A DNA stretch of 47,627 nucleotides. It comes from a virus (Duplodnaviria > Heunggongvirae > Uroviricota > Caudoviricetes). The notes beneath the pieces were generated by a model. That model saw only the letters and a list, made by a program, of their open reading frames with translations. It had not been told where the DNA came from and searched no databases. Below, one piece after another: positions 9,076-18,303 of this stretch. The position numbers and the translations under genes were made by a program. The stretch lies in the IMG/VR virus record IMGVR_UViG_3300029720_000461. The stretch is one strand, 5' to 3'. Numbering within the stretch: the stretch's first letter is position 1; each line of letters starts with the position of its first letter.

Positions 9076-10561
9076 CTAATTTTCAACAGAATACTCCCAC
9101 CTCTATAGATGGCGAGATGAATATGTAAATACTTTTACTGATTTGATAGCATTTTAGTAAAATATATATTATAATAGATACATAGAGATATTCTCTAAAT
9201 CTAACGAAAGGAGAAAAAATATGTATCTTACGGTAAAACAGCAGGTGAAACATTTGTCTAAAGAAGATTACAAGTCAATTAAAAAGCTTTGTCATATAGC
9301 AAAGAATCTTACAAATGAAGCAATATATAATATCCGTCAGTATTATTTTACAGAAGGTGAATTTCTCAAATATGAAAAGAATTATACCTTATTAAAATCA
9401 TCTGATAATTATAAAATGCTTAATTCTAATATGGCACAACAGATACTTAAAGAAGTTGACAGCAGCTTTAAATCTTTTTTTGGATTACTTAAATTAGCAA
9501 AAAAAGGCAAATATGCTTTCAAAGATTGTAAGTTACCACATTATCTTCCTAAAGATGGATATACTACACTTGTTATTGGCTTTGTAAGACTTAATGGAAA
9601 TAAGCTGATTTTGCCATTTTCTAATACTTATAAAAAATCCCATAAACCAGTTGAGATTACTATTCCACCTATATTACTTGATAAAAAAGTTAAAGAAATC
9701 CGTATAATACCAAAAGCAAATGCTAGGTTCTTTGAAATTCAGTACATTTATGAAGCTGGACATATTCAAAGAAATTTAAACACTAATAATGCACTGGCTC
9801 TTGATTTAGGTATTAATAATCTTGTAACTGCTGTGTCAAGCACAGGAAAATCATTTATTATTGATGGTAAAAAACTTAAGTCCATAAACCAATGGTATAA
9901 TAAACAAAATGCTCACTTACAATCTATTAAAGATAAACAGCATATAGGCAAAAGACCTACTAATAAGCAAAAAGCAAATGCTCGCAATAGGAATAACAAA
10001 ATTAATGATTATATGAATAAAACAGCTCGTATTATTATAGACTATTGCATTAATAATGATATTGGAACACTTATAGTAGGTTATAATGAAACATTTCAGA
10101 GAAATAGTAATATAGGTAAGATTAATAATCAGGCATTTGTAAATATTCCTTATGGTCAGTTACGTTCAAAATTAGAATATCTATGTGAACTTAATGGTAT
10201 TGCTTTTGTTAAACAGGAAGAAAGTTATACATCAAAAGCATCTTTTTGGGATAAAGATAATATTCCTGTTTATAACAATGATAATCCTAAGACTTATCAG
10301 TTTAGTGGTAATAGAATATATCGTGGTTTGTATAAAACGGTAAATGGCAAATACTTAAATGCTGATGTAAATGGAGCATTAAATATTATGAAGAAAAGTA
10401 GCGTTGTGGATATGAGTATCCTATACGGTAGAGGCGAAGTGGACACGCCTGTAAGAATAAGGATTGCCTAATTAGTTAGGTGGAAACTTAAATATCAAAC
10501 TTCTTAAAAAGAGTTTTTTTACTCTCTGAAGCTCTGACTTCTATAAGTCGGAGTAGTTCAC
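9076..10561 (+). mobile_element. IS200/IS605-family tnpB-only (IS1341-like) element
   Basis: Left-end hairpin CTCCCACCTCTATAGATGGCGAG; right end GAAGCTCTGACTTCTATAAGTCGGAGTAGTTCAC; inserted after TTTAT; no tnpA. Confidence 0.85.
9221..10471 (+). CDS. tnpB: RNA-guided endonuclease TnpB
   Basis: LALDLGINN, EESYTSK, NADVNGALNI motifs; 416 aa. Confidence 0.93.
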   Translation: MYLTVKQQVKHLSKEDYKSIKKLCHIAKNLTNEAIYNIRQYYFTEGEFLKYEKNYTLLKSSDNYKMLNSNMAQQILKEVDSSFKSFFGLLKLAKKGKYAFKDCKLPHYLPKDGYTTLVIGFVRLNGNKLILPFSNTYKKSHKPVEITIPPILLDKKVKEIRIIPKANARFFEIQYIYEAGHIQRNLNTNNALALDLGINNLVTAVSSTGKSFIIDGKKLKSINQWYNKQNAHLQSIKDKQHIGKRPTNKQKANARNRNNKINDYMNKTARIIIDYCINNDIGTLIVGYNETFQRNSNIGKINNQAFVNIPYGQLRSKLEYLCELNGIAFVKQEESYTSKASFWDKDNIPVYNNDNPKTYQFSGNRIYRGLYKTVNGKYLNADVNGALNIMKKSSVVDMSILYGRGEVDTPVRIRIA

Positions 10562-10581
10562 ACAGGGTTAAATCCGGAGAC
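10400..10581 (+). ncRNA. Predicted TnpB omega/reRNA; 5' end approximate; guide ACAGGGTTAAATCCGGAGAC from the flank
   Basis: Established TnpB biology: scaffold from tnpB 3' end and right end, guide from the downstream flank. Confidence 0.6.
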
Positions 10582-10730
10582 CTTCCTAAAGCTGCATATC
10601 AAAATAATGGAAGAGACTATCCACATATTTAAGTGAGGCATGTAATATATGAAAATAAGAGAATTAGCAGATTATTGCAAGAATATAAATATAAATTATG
10701 ATATCGAAGATGAATATGAAAGGACATTAG

Positions 10731-11003
10731 ATGATAGACAACTATAAGGCTTCAGAGCTTACAGATAAATTAAGTGCAGCGTTTGGCAATGTAAAAGAAG
10801 AGAAGGTTTCAATATTAAAATATAATGAATCCACTCAGACCTATTATGTGAATGAAGCACTGGCAAAACAACATGTAAGGCAGATAAGCAAGGAAGATAT
10901 AAAGACAGTGGAAACAAAGAAGACACTGGATAGCTGTATGAAGGAATTAGAAAAGAAACTGCCTAAAGATAAATGGCACTCAAAGAGACCAAGGAGCAGA
11001 TAA
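10731..11003 (+). CDS. Hypothetical protein with basic C-terminus
   Basis: AAGGA RBS; ends KRPRSR. Confidence 0.65.
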   Translation: MIDNYKASELTDKLSAAFGNVKEEKVSILKYNESTQTYYVNEALAKQHVRQISKEDIKTVETKKTLDSCMKELEKKLPKDKWHSKRPRSR

Positions 11004-11023
11004 AATGGTTAATAACAAATAAT

Positions 11024-11053
11024 AAAAGGGCAGCTTTATAGCTGTCTTTTTTT
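11024..11053 (+). terminator. Intrinsic terminator
   Basis: AAAAGGGCAGCT-ttat-AGCTGTCTTTT plus T run. Confidence 0.85.
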
Positions 11054-11068
11054 ACTTTTAAAACCTAT

Positions 11069-11112
11069 AAAAGCCTTTTTATAACGGTTGAGATTATTAA
11101 AACTGATAAACT
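11069..11112 (+). promoter_or_regulatory. Long-spacer element promoter, copy 3
   Basis: AAAAGCCTTTTTATA-N23-TAAACT. Confidence 0.7.
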
Positions 11113-11148
11113 GTATAAAAAAGAAAAAATAAAAAAAGGAATACATAC

Positions 11149-11385
11149 ATGAAAGACGCAAAATCAAATTATAAATTGTCAGTTAAACTCATTAAAGATT
11201 TATTTTTACTTATATTAGAGATATTTATTGTGCTTGTTATAGCAAAAACCGGATTATTGGGTGAAAGTTTAGGCTCAATTCTTATTTTGTATTATGGCAC
11301 ATCCTGCATAATATCTATGATAGGAAACTATAACGAAGATGGAAACGATACAAATATTATCATGCATGATGATTCTGATGAGTGA
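11149..11385 (+). CDS. Small 2-TM protein
   Basis: RBS; hydrophobic helices; acidic tail. Confidence 0.7.
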   Translation: MKDAKSNYKLSVKLIKDLFLLILEIFIVLVIAKTGLLGESLGSILILYYGTSCIISMIGNYNEDGNDTNIIMHDDSDE

Positions 11386-11469
11386 ATCTGATAATAAGTA
11401 TACAAGTATAAACAAGTATAAATGAATTACACTTATTTAAAGGCAATAACATTATTAAAGCACATACAT

Positions 11470-11513
11470 AAAAGCTTTATTATAAATTAAAAAAAGCTGT
11501 GAAATGTTATATT
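11470..11513 (+). promoter_or_regulatory. Long-spacer element promoter, copy 4
   Basis: AAAAGCTTTATTATA-N23-TATATT with TGn extension. Confidence 0.65.
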
Positions 11514-11545
11514 AAATGTAGCAATAAGAATAGGAAGGATAGATT

Positions 11546-12172
11546 ATGATTGTTAATATAGATGATTATAGTATAGCTGAACTAATTGAAATGAAATTCG
11601 GACTTAAAAAAGGTCAGGAATTTAAACTTATAGCAGACCCGATTCTTCATAAATATTATGCTGTTAAAGCTGATGAAGACGACATAACATACTGCTTTAA
11701 AGATGGTCAGCTTTTACATAAAAATGAAGTTGATTACGACCATTGGTCAGAATGGTATGGCTTTAATGAAAAGCAGCTTGAGTTAATCGTAAGTGGTATA
11801 TATACTCCCGTATCAATTGATAAGTGGAATGAAATACAAGAAAGTAAAAAAAGACAATTTGAATTAGATGAACAGTATAAGAGAAATGCAGTTAAAAAAT
11901 ATCTTAAAGACTATGCAGATAATAAAGGCTGGAAACATATAAAAATTTTAGATGAAAAAGATGGCTTTGATGACTTTTATTTGCTGATAGCTTATACAGA
12001 TGAAACTATGACTGCTGAAATAAAAGACCCTGATAACGGTATGATGATGTTTTTTAATGAAGATGATTATAAGGATTATAAAGAAATGTCTAATGCAAAA
12101 CTTTATTCAGATGTATGTAGTAAGGACAAAAAGATTTCAAAAGCTCCTGTGCATGACGAAATTGAAAAATAG
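11546..12172 (+). CDS. Hypothetical protein with tail
   Basis: RBS; ends KKISKAPVHDEIEK. Confidence 0.8.
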   Translation: MIVNIDDYSIAELIEMKFGLKKGQEFKLIADPILHKYYAVKADEDDITYCFKDGQLLHKNEVDYDHWSEWYGFNEKQLELIVSGIYTPVSIDKWNEIQESKKRQFELDEQYKRNAVKKYLKDYADNKGWKHIKILDEKDGFDDFYLLIAYTDETMTAEIKDPDNGMMMFFNEDDYKDYKEMSNAKLYSDVCSKDKKISKAPVHDEIEK

Positions 12173-12222
12173 AACAAATAAGTATAACTTGGGTAGACTT
12201 ATAAAAATGTGAGGTAATGATT

Positions 12223-12487
12223 ATGGAACATAGTCAGGAAATGATTGATAGTATTAAAAATGCAAGTTATAAGCAAGGACATGATATTGGATATAGTGAA
12301 GGTGTTTTGGAAACATATATAAAAATGCAAAAAAGACATTATAGAAAACTTAAAAAAAGCTAAACATCAAATATCATTAAATAATGAAGCTTTAGAAATA
12401 TACAGACAGGCTATAGATGATGCAATTAACATAGTAGGAACAGCCAGTTTTAAAGAAATTTCAAAAAAGAATGAAATATATATGTAA
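12223..12487 (+). pseudogene. Frameshifted hypothetical gene
   Basis: Removing one A from the A6 run at 12329-12334 gives a continuous ORF MEHSQE...KEISKKNEIYM. Confidence 0.55.
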
Positions 12488-12638
12488 ATTCAAAAAAATG
12501 CGAGGTAATGATTATGGAATATAGTAATAAAGAATTAATATAGATTTTATAGATTTAGATTAAAAATAAGGCTTTAGCTTGAAAAAATAACAGTTAGAGC
12601 CTTCTAAACAAAAAACAAAACAGGAGGAATAAAAAATT

Positions 12639-13601
12639 ATGAACGAATTGAAACTTAAAATAGGAGATAAAGTACTTATAACTAATGGACTTCCAACAGA
12701 AGATAAAATTGGAACTGTAACAAAAATTACTCCAACCGGAAGAACAAAGTTAGATATATATACAGATTATCAATTTGATAGATATGGCAGACAGATGGGA
12801 AACAGGGATATTTGGAGTAGAAGTAAAAGTATAAGAATCCCTGATAAAGAAGATTATAACAGAGTTCATAAAAATGAAATTGTAGGACATATTTATTCAA
12901 AAATTAACCAACTTAATATTCAGAATTTATATGATACTAATATCAGCACACTTGAAATTTTAGATGATTGTCTGGGTTTAATAGGAGAAAGTAAAGAGCC
13001 TGAATATATAAAATCAAATGCAGATGATTCAAAGGTAATGATTATGGAATATAGTAATAAAGAATTAAACGAAATCAGAGAAGCAGGATATAATCACGGA
13101 TATGATGTCGGATATAATGAAGGCATAGAAAGTATTGAATCAGAAGTAAGTAAATTATTAAAAGAAAGTACAGAAAAATCCAATATGGCTGTAGCTGGAT
13201 ACGCTGACTGGTATGCAGGAGAAATGAACGCATATGAGAAAGTATTCAACTTTATTGAAAAATTAAAAGAAAAGGTTTTAGAATCCTCTAAAAGAATCAT
13301 AGGTTATGATGACTGTGGAAAGCCATTACATGAAGGAGATTTCTGCACATTTGATGTAAATGCAGCAGATTGGAGATTTAAACCAGATAATATACGAAAA
13401 TCCGGATTAGCTACTTTAGAAGGACAAGTTACATATAACGAACAGGATAAGTGTTATGAGTTAAGTATTGATAATGATTATTGTCCTGCCTTATACTTCC
13501 ATGCAATAGAACCGGGAACATTAAGCGTAAAAGAATCTAAGGAACAGATAAAATATAAACCGAATGTAAAATCTAAGAAGAGCATTGAAAGAGATATGTA
13601 A
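12639..13601 (+). CDS. Mosaic (fused) hypothetical protein with tail
   Basis: Internal RBS+ATG at 13033-13046; ends KSKKSIERDM. Confidence 0.8.
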   Translation: MNELKLKIGDKVLITNGLPTEDKIGTVTKITPTGRTKLDIYTDYQFDRYGRQMGNRDIWSRSKSIRIPDKEDYNRVHKNEIVGHIYSKINQLNIQNLYDTNISTLEILDDCLGLIGESKEPEYIKSNADDSKVMIMEYSNKELNEIREAGYNHGYDVGYNEGIESIESEVSKLLKESTEKSNMAVAGYADWYAGEMNAYEKVFNFIEKLKEKVLESSKRIIGYDDCGKPLHEGDFCTFDVNAADWRFKPDNIRKSGLATLEGQVTYNEQDKCYELSIDNDYCPALYFHAIEPGTLSVKESKEQIKYKPNVKSKKSIERDM

Positions 13602-13609
13602 AGTATCAT

Positions 13610-13637
13610 AAGGCTGCTATTTATAGCAGTCTTTTTT
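13610..13637 (+). terminator. Intrinsic terminator
   Basis: AAGGCTGCTAT-tt-ATAGCAGTCTT plus T run. Confidence 0.8.
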
Positions 13638-13644
13638 ATTATCT

Positions 13645-13690
13645 AAAAAAGCTTTATTACAATAAAAGCAAAAACAATATTTCGTATAAT
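13645..13690 (+). promoter_or_regulatory. Long-spacer element promoter, copy 5
   Basis: AAAAAAGCTTTATTACA-N23-TATAAT. Confidence 0.7.
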
Positions 13691-13719
13691 TCATTTAACA
13701 AAATAAAAGGAGCAGCTAT

Positions 13720-14508
13720 ATGTTAATTGAAAAGAGAAAAAGAGAATTTAGTAATGGAACAGTATATGCATTATTAACAGAAGACGGATATCCCCTTGAA
13801 GTAACAGACACATTTTTACCTGATTATACAAAGATGGCAGTAAATGAAAATACAAATGCCCTGCATGAAAGAGAACTTGGAAGCAGAAAAAATAGATGGA
13901 TGATAGGAGTAAGCTGTATGAGTGGATGCCCTGTAGGGTGTAGATTTTGTGCAACCGGCAACTTAAAAAGATTCCGTAATCTGACAGCAGATGAAATCGT
14001 GGAACAGGTTGAATTTGTAATAAATAAGAATCCTGACTTTAACCCTGATGAAGCTTATGAATTTAAGATTAACTACACACGCATGGGTGAACCATTTCTT
14101 AATATCGAAGCTGTTAAAGAAGCCATAAGAATAATTGATAGAAGATTCAAGCATGTACATCACTATATAAGTACCATAGGTATTAAGGGCAGTGATTACA
14201 GCTTTATAAAGGATAACATAACCTTACAGGTATCATTACATTCACTGGATGAAGAAAGAAGGCATAACCTGATTCCTATAGGCAGTCTTTTAAGCATAAA
14301 AGAACTAGGACAGATAAGAACTAAGAGTAATTTAAAGACAACAGTTAATATGACACTTGTTGATACGAAAGACTTTGATATAGATAAACTTAAAAGATAC
14401 TTTGACCCTGAATATTTCTTTATCAAGTTAAGTCCTATAAATGAAAATAATATAAGTGAAAAGAATCGTATGGGTAAAGGAATTATAAAGAGTACTAATC
14501 TTTTATAA
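13720..14508 (+). CDS. Short RlmN/Cfr-related radical SAM protein
   Basis: GCPVGCRFCATG, RNLTADEIVEQV, MGEP, ISTIG, QVSLHS. Confidence 0.85.
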   Translation: MLIEKRKREFSNGTVYALLTEDGYPLEVTDTFLPDYTKMAVNENTNALHERELGSRKNRWMIGVSCMSGCPVGCRFCATGNLKRFRNLTADEIVEQVEFVINKNPDFNPDEAYEFKINYTRMGEPFLNIEAVKEAIRIIDRRFKHVHHYISTIGIKGSDYSFIKDNITLQVSLHSLDEERRHNLIPIGSLLSIKELGQIRTKSNLKTTVNMTLVDTKDFDIDKLKRYFDPEYFFIKLSPINENNISEKNRMGKGIIKSTNLL

Positions 14509-14514
14509 GGGGAA

Positions 14515-15408
14515 ATGATGAGCTGGACAAGGAACATACAGTTTAGACATAGTACATGCTATGACTGTAACGGAAAGAACACAGAATTTAATGATAATGT
14601 TATAGACGTATATATCGTTACAACAAGACAATGTAATGTAGCATGTAAGTTTTGTGAATACCATACAGGAAATATAAATCTTGATACTGACTGGATTATA
14701 GAAGCCTTTAAGGAACTGTCAAGGACTGCCACTGTCGGAACAATACATTTTACCGGTGGGGAAACTACTCTTGGTGTTACTGATAAAATGGTTAAAATCT
14801 GTGCTGAAGCAAAGAAGATATTTCCACTGGTTAAAACATCAGTTAATACAAATGGAAGCAGGCTTAAGAGCCTTGAAGGAATTGATGTACTGGACAATAT
14901 AGCATTAAGCAGACATCACTATGATGATGAAATTAACAATCAGATATTTGGTATAAATACAGCAGATACAGATATTTTAGATAACTTTAAGGATAAACAT
15001 AAGCTGCATCTTAGCTGTAATTTAATTAAAGGTTATATAGATAACGAAGAAGAGATAAGAAAGTATCTTGAGTATGTATCCAAGCTTGGCATATGTGATA
15101 TAGGCTTAGTAAGCCTTATGAAGATAAATAAGTACTGTGAAGAGCATTTTGTTGATTTTAATAAGCTGGATTTAGAAAAAATAAATAATCTGAAGCGTAC
15201 AAGATGGTATTGTAACAGCTTAGATAAAATGAGTTGTTCCTGTAAATGTGAAAATTATCTTTATATGGCAGAAAATTATAATCTTTTGTCAGTGTACCAT
15301 AGGCAGGCGATTAAATTAAAAGGCATAGAAGAAATAAGTAATTATCTTGTTTTAGAAGATAAAAAAATTATGCAGGGCTTTAATGGAGCTGTTTTAAACA
15401 AGTTATAA
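14515..15408 (+). CDS. Radical SAM protein (MoaA-like fold)
   Basis: CNVACKFC, FTGGE, NTNGS. Confidence 0.85.
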   Translation: MMSWTRNIQFRHSTCYDCNGKNTEFNDNVIDVYIVTTRQCNVACKFCEYHTGNINLDTDWIIEAFKELSRTATVGTIHFTGGETTLGVTDKMVKICAEAKKIFPLVKTSVNTNGSRLKSLEGIDVLDNIALSRHHYDDEINNQIFGINTADTDILDNFKDKHKLHLSCNLIKGYIDNEEEIRKYLEYVSKLGICDIGLVSLMKINKYCEEHFVDFNKLDLEKINNLKRTRWYCNSLDKMSCSCKCENYLYMAENYNLLSVYHRQAIKLKGIEEISNYLVLEDKKIMQGFNGAVLNKL

Positions 15409-15458
15409 ATTTCAAAAATGATAGAATTAAATCAGAAAAAATAAGAGAGGTAGAAGTT

Positions 15459-16280
15459 ATGGCGAATGTGAAGAATTTGAGCTTTCTGATAGGTTCATAT
15501 AAGGAAATGACAAAGGCTTTTGGCTTTAATGATAAAACAGACCAATTTTTTATAAAACAGATGAATGCATTGTCAGGTATAGCCCAGATTGACTATAAAG
15601 ACGTGCAAATGATACAGCAGATTACCGGTATCGGAACTGAAAAAACAAAAAGTGAAAGAACAAAAAGCATTGATAGCTTTGTACATGCAATGAATATAAT
15701 GGAAGGTTCAATTATAAACTTAAGACCTACAATGCTTTTTAACATGTATCATAATAAGGAAGTAAATGAAGATTTATATAAGATTATAGGAAAGATATAT
15801 GGCATTAATACAAGTATTAGTTTAGACGAATTAGAAGAAAAAGAAGCTAATAATGCCTTTGGAGTACTTCAGGGTTCTGAAATAAGCAATGAAAATGATA
15901 CAGACTTAGATAAGTTTATTAACTTCTGCAATAAAATGTATAAAAAGTTTGGTATTAATGCAGGAATCAGATATAAAAACCCAAATTGTATATGTTCATC
16001 AAACCCTTATTATATATCATGTTCTTTTAAAAGACTTAATAAAGACATGCCGGCTATTATGCACAGGTTTTTAAATTCCATGTATGAAGCGGGCGAAGTG
16101 GAAGAAGTTTATGTTGATTATAGTGATGGCTGTCATGGCGGCACAAGAACCGATTTAGCAGCCACTAAAGAACTAGGAAACTTAAATATAGATTATAAAA
16201 AGGCATGTGATGAGTTAAGAAAAGAAATTGCAAAAGAAACCAATAAAAATAAATCAGTAAATGAAGAATATGAAAGATAG
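15459..16280 (+). CDS. Hypothetical protein with ER tail
   Basis: GAGG RBS; ends KNKSVNEEYER. Confidence 0.8.
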   Translation: MANVKNLSFLIGSYKEMTKAFGFNDKTDQFFIKQMNALSGIAQIDYKDVQMIQQITGIGTEKTKSERTKSIDSFVHAMNIMEGSIINLRPTMLFNMYHNKEVNEDLYKIIGKIYGINTSISLDELEEKEANNAFGVLQGSEISNENDTDLDKFINFCNKMYKKFGINAGIRYKNPNCICSSNPYYISCSFKRLNKDMPAIMHRFLNSMYEAGEVEEVYVDYSDGCHGGTRTDLAATKELGNLNIDYKKACDELRKEIAKETNKNKSVNEEYER

Positions 16281-16293
16281 GAAGGTAATGATT

Positions 16294-16422
16294 ATGGAAC
16301 AGATTATAAGAGAATTAAAGGAAAACGGATATGATTATGCAGTAGCAATTGCTACAGAGGCAGAGATAAATGCAAAGGCTGCATGTGGACAGTTATCAAT
16401 TATAACTGAAGACGAAGTGTAA
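16294..16422 (+). CDS. Small hypothetical protein (42 aa)
   Basis: GGAAGG RBS; MEQIIRELKENGY... Confidence 0.4.
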   Translation: MEQIIRELKENGYDYAVAIATEAEINAKAACGQLSIITEDEV

Positions 16423-16485
16423 AAAGAAAGGCAGTAAGACAACGTACTTTCGGAATGTAATGTAGAAAGAAAGGAACTGATAATT

Positions 16486-17388
16486 ATGGATATGAAATAT
16501 ACAATAACAATTCCAAAGGAATTTAGATATGATTATATAAGAGATAAGTTTAAAGATACATTTGAAAGATTACTGGCGGATATAGAAGGTAAGGTTGATG
16601 ATACAACATTAAAAAAAGTAAATCAGCTTGAACAGGCATTTTTAACATCTGAAGCTATTACTAATGCTAAAGTAACTGTTTTTCTGCCATTTGAGGATAA
16701 GCCTGAAGATATTTTAAAAGCAGCTTCAAGTAAATTAACAACAATCTATCCTTATCTATGTGGCAGATATGAAAGAGAAACTATTGATATGTTAAACACA
16801 GCATTTAAAGATGCCGGTATTAATATTAAGGAGAAAACTATGGAGATAAATATGACTGGATTAGAACGAATAAAAGAAGAAAGTAAAAAGAATGAAAATT
16901 TAAAGCAGCAGGAAGAAGAACTGCGAAACAACAATGAAGGATATGGATATAAAAGAACCGCCTTTGAAAACATTAAGAAGTATTTTGATACATTAAATGA
17001 AGTATTAAAAGACACTGATATAGGTGATTTCAATATTCCTTTAGAAGATGAGATAAAATATAAGCATTATAAGAAAAATGTCCGTACATTAGGTGGAACT
17101 GGATATAAGACTGAATATCAGAATGAATTTGGCTATCAAAGAGCTATTATAAGCTTTAATAAGACATATGGAAAAAATGATGAAGGTAATCCTAACCTGT
17201 TTATAAACAATGGGCTTTTTTCAAAAATAGCATTAAATTGGGATAAAATCCAGAAAATAATTGAAGAAGACATTACAGAGCGACTTCAGAATAGAAATGA
17301 AGAATTAGAAGCATATAAAAAACTTTCTAATACATCTAATACAAATAAAAAGAATAAAGCTAAAGATAATTATGAAATAGGATTTTAA
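16486..17388 (+). CDS. Fused hypothetical protein; C-terminal half paralogous to 17409
   Basis: Internal AAGGAG RBS and ATG 16840; MTGLERIKEE; ends KNKAKDNYEIGF. Confidence 0.8.
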   Translation: MDMKYTITIPKEFRYDYIRDKFKDTFERLLADIEGKVDDTTLKKVNQLEQAFLTSEAITNAKVTVFLPFEDKPEDILKAASSKLTTIYPYLCGRYERETIDMLNTAFKDAGINIKEKTMEINMTGLERIKEESKKNENLKQQEEELRNNNEGYGYKRTAFENIKKYFDTLNEVLKDTDIGDFNIPLEDEIKYKHYKKNVRTLGGTGYKTEYQNEFGYQRAIISFNKTYGKNDEGNPNLFINNGLFSKIALNWDKIQKIIEEDITERLQNRNEELEAYKKLSNTSNTNKKNKAKDNYEIGF

Positions 17389-17408
17389 GATTAGTCAGGA
17401 GAAATAAT

Positions 17409-17969
17409 ATGATTATAGATATGACCGGATTAGAACGAATAAGAGAAGAGACCTGTAAAAGTGACCTTTTACAACAACAGGAAGAAGAATTATATAACAA
17501 TACTAAAGCTGAATATAAAAAGTATCAGAAAAGTGCTTATGACAGCATAAAGGCATATTTTGATACATTAAAAACCATATTAGATAATTCTGATTCTGAT
17601 TATTTAAAATATAATAAGATAACATTCGATATAAAAATAAAAGAATTTCATATGATATATAGTTATTCAAAAAATAGTATGCAGGATTTATCCTATTATA
17701 ACGGCAATTGTGGATTAACTTTTCGGGATTCATATGAAACAGTAGAAAGAAATCATCCTGAATATTTTGAAGATTTAGGCTTTTTTACCAGAATAGCGGA
17801 AAAATGGAATTATATACAGGCTTCCTTAGAACAGGAGATTATTACTCGTATAAGTCTTCAGAATGACTTAAAGCAGGATGAAATAAACAGATATAAGGAA
17901 AATATAGAGAACTATAAAAAGCTTTCTAATGAAGGAAATACAAGAAAGACAGCAGAATATGAAAGATAA
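17409..17969 (+). CDS. Coiled-coil hypothetical protein with ER tail
   Basis: MTGLERIREE; ends RKTAEYER. Confidence 0.8.
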   Translation: MIIDMTGLERIREETCKSDLLQQQEEELYNNTKAEYKKYQKSAYDSIKAYFDTLKTILDNSDSDYLKYNKITFDIKIKEFHMIYSYSKNSMQDLSYYNGNCGLTFRDSYETVERNHPEYFEDLGFFTRIAEKWNYIQASLEQEIITRISLQNDLKQDEINRYKENIENYKKLSNEGNTRKTAEYER

Positions 17970-18023
17970 AAATTTAGCATTACAGATTGCCAAGAAATGA
18001 ATTAATAATTAAGGAGAAAGTAA

Positions 18024-18296
18024 ATGAGTAGCAGTTTAAGAGATACAGTAGAAAAATTAAATTATATCTGGAAACATATTAATGAATTTTTATACGAAAA
18101 TGGAAAACCGACATTAAGACATGGTAAGCCGGGAGTACTTATTGAACATACAGAGCAGGAATACATTGATTTTTTAAATGAATTAGCTCAGGATTCTTTA
18201 GAAAGCTATCGTGATTTTGCAATTGAATACGGCTGGATAGATGCCCCTATTTCTAAATCAAAATCAAATGATGATTATGATGATTATGGAAGGTAA
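18024..18296 (+). CDS. Hypothetical protein with tail
   Basis: AGGAG RBS; ends KSKSNDDYDDYGR. Confidence 0.75.
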   Translation: MSSSLRDTVEKLNYIWKHINEFLYENGKPTLRHGKPGVLIEHTEQEYIDFLNELAQDSLESYRDFAIEYGWIDAPISKSKSNDDYDDYGR

Positions 18297-18303
18297 TGAA
18301 CTG

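Larger units (their letters stand above)
8931..10632 (+). pseudogene. Small Cys-containing gene interrupted by the tnpB element
   Basis: Joining 9075 to 10562 restores a 71-aa ORF ending KQYLYRVKSGDLPKAAYQNNGRDYPHI. Confidence 0.75.

Noticed and set aside
11396..11422. Three AAGTATA repeats as iterons or operator
   Set aside because: Short, AT-rich and unevenly spaced; insufficient evidence.
13720..14508. cfr antibiotic-resistance gene
   Set aside because: Too short and lacks both catalytic cysteines of RlmN/Cfr.
14515..15408. Prokaryotic viperin call
   Set aside because: TRQCN, GGE and NGS similarities are shared by many MoaA-like radical SAM enzymes; cannot be resolved without an HMM search.
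18241..18303. Long N-terminus of the CCA ORF
   Set aside because: Overlaps the upstream gene; RBS supports ATG 18304.
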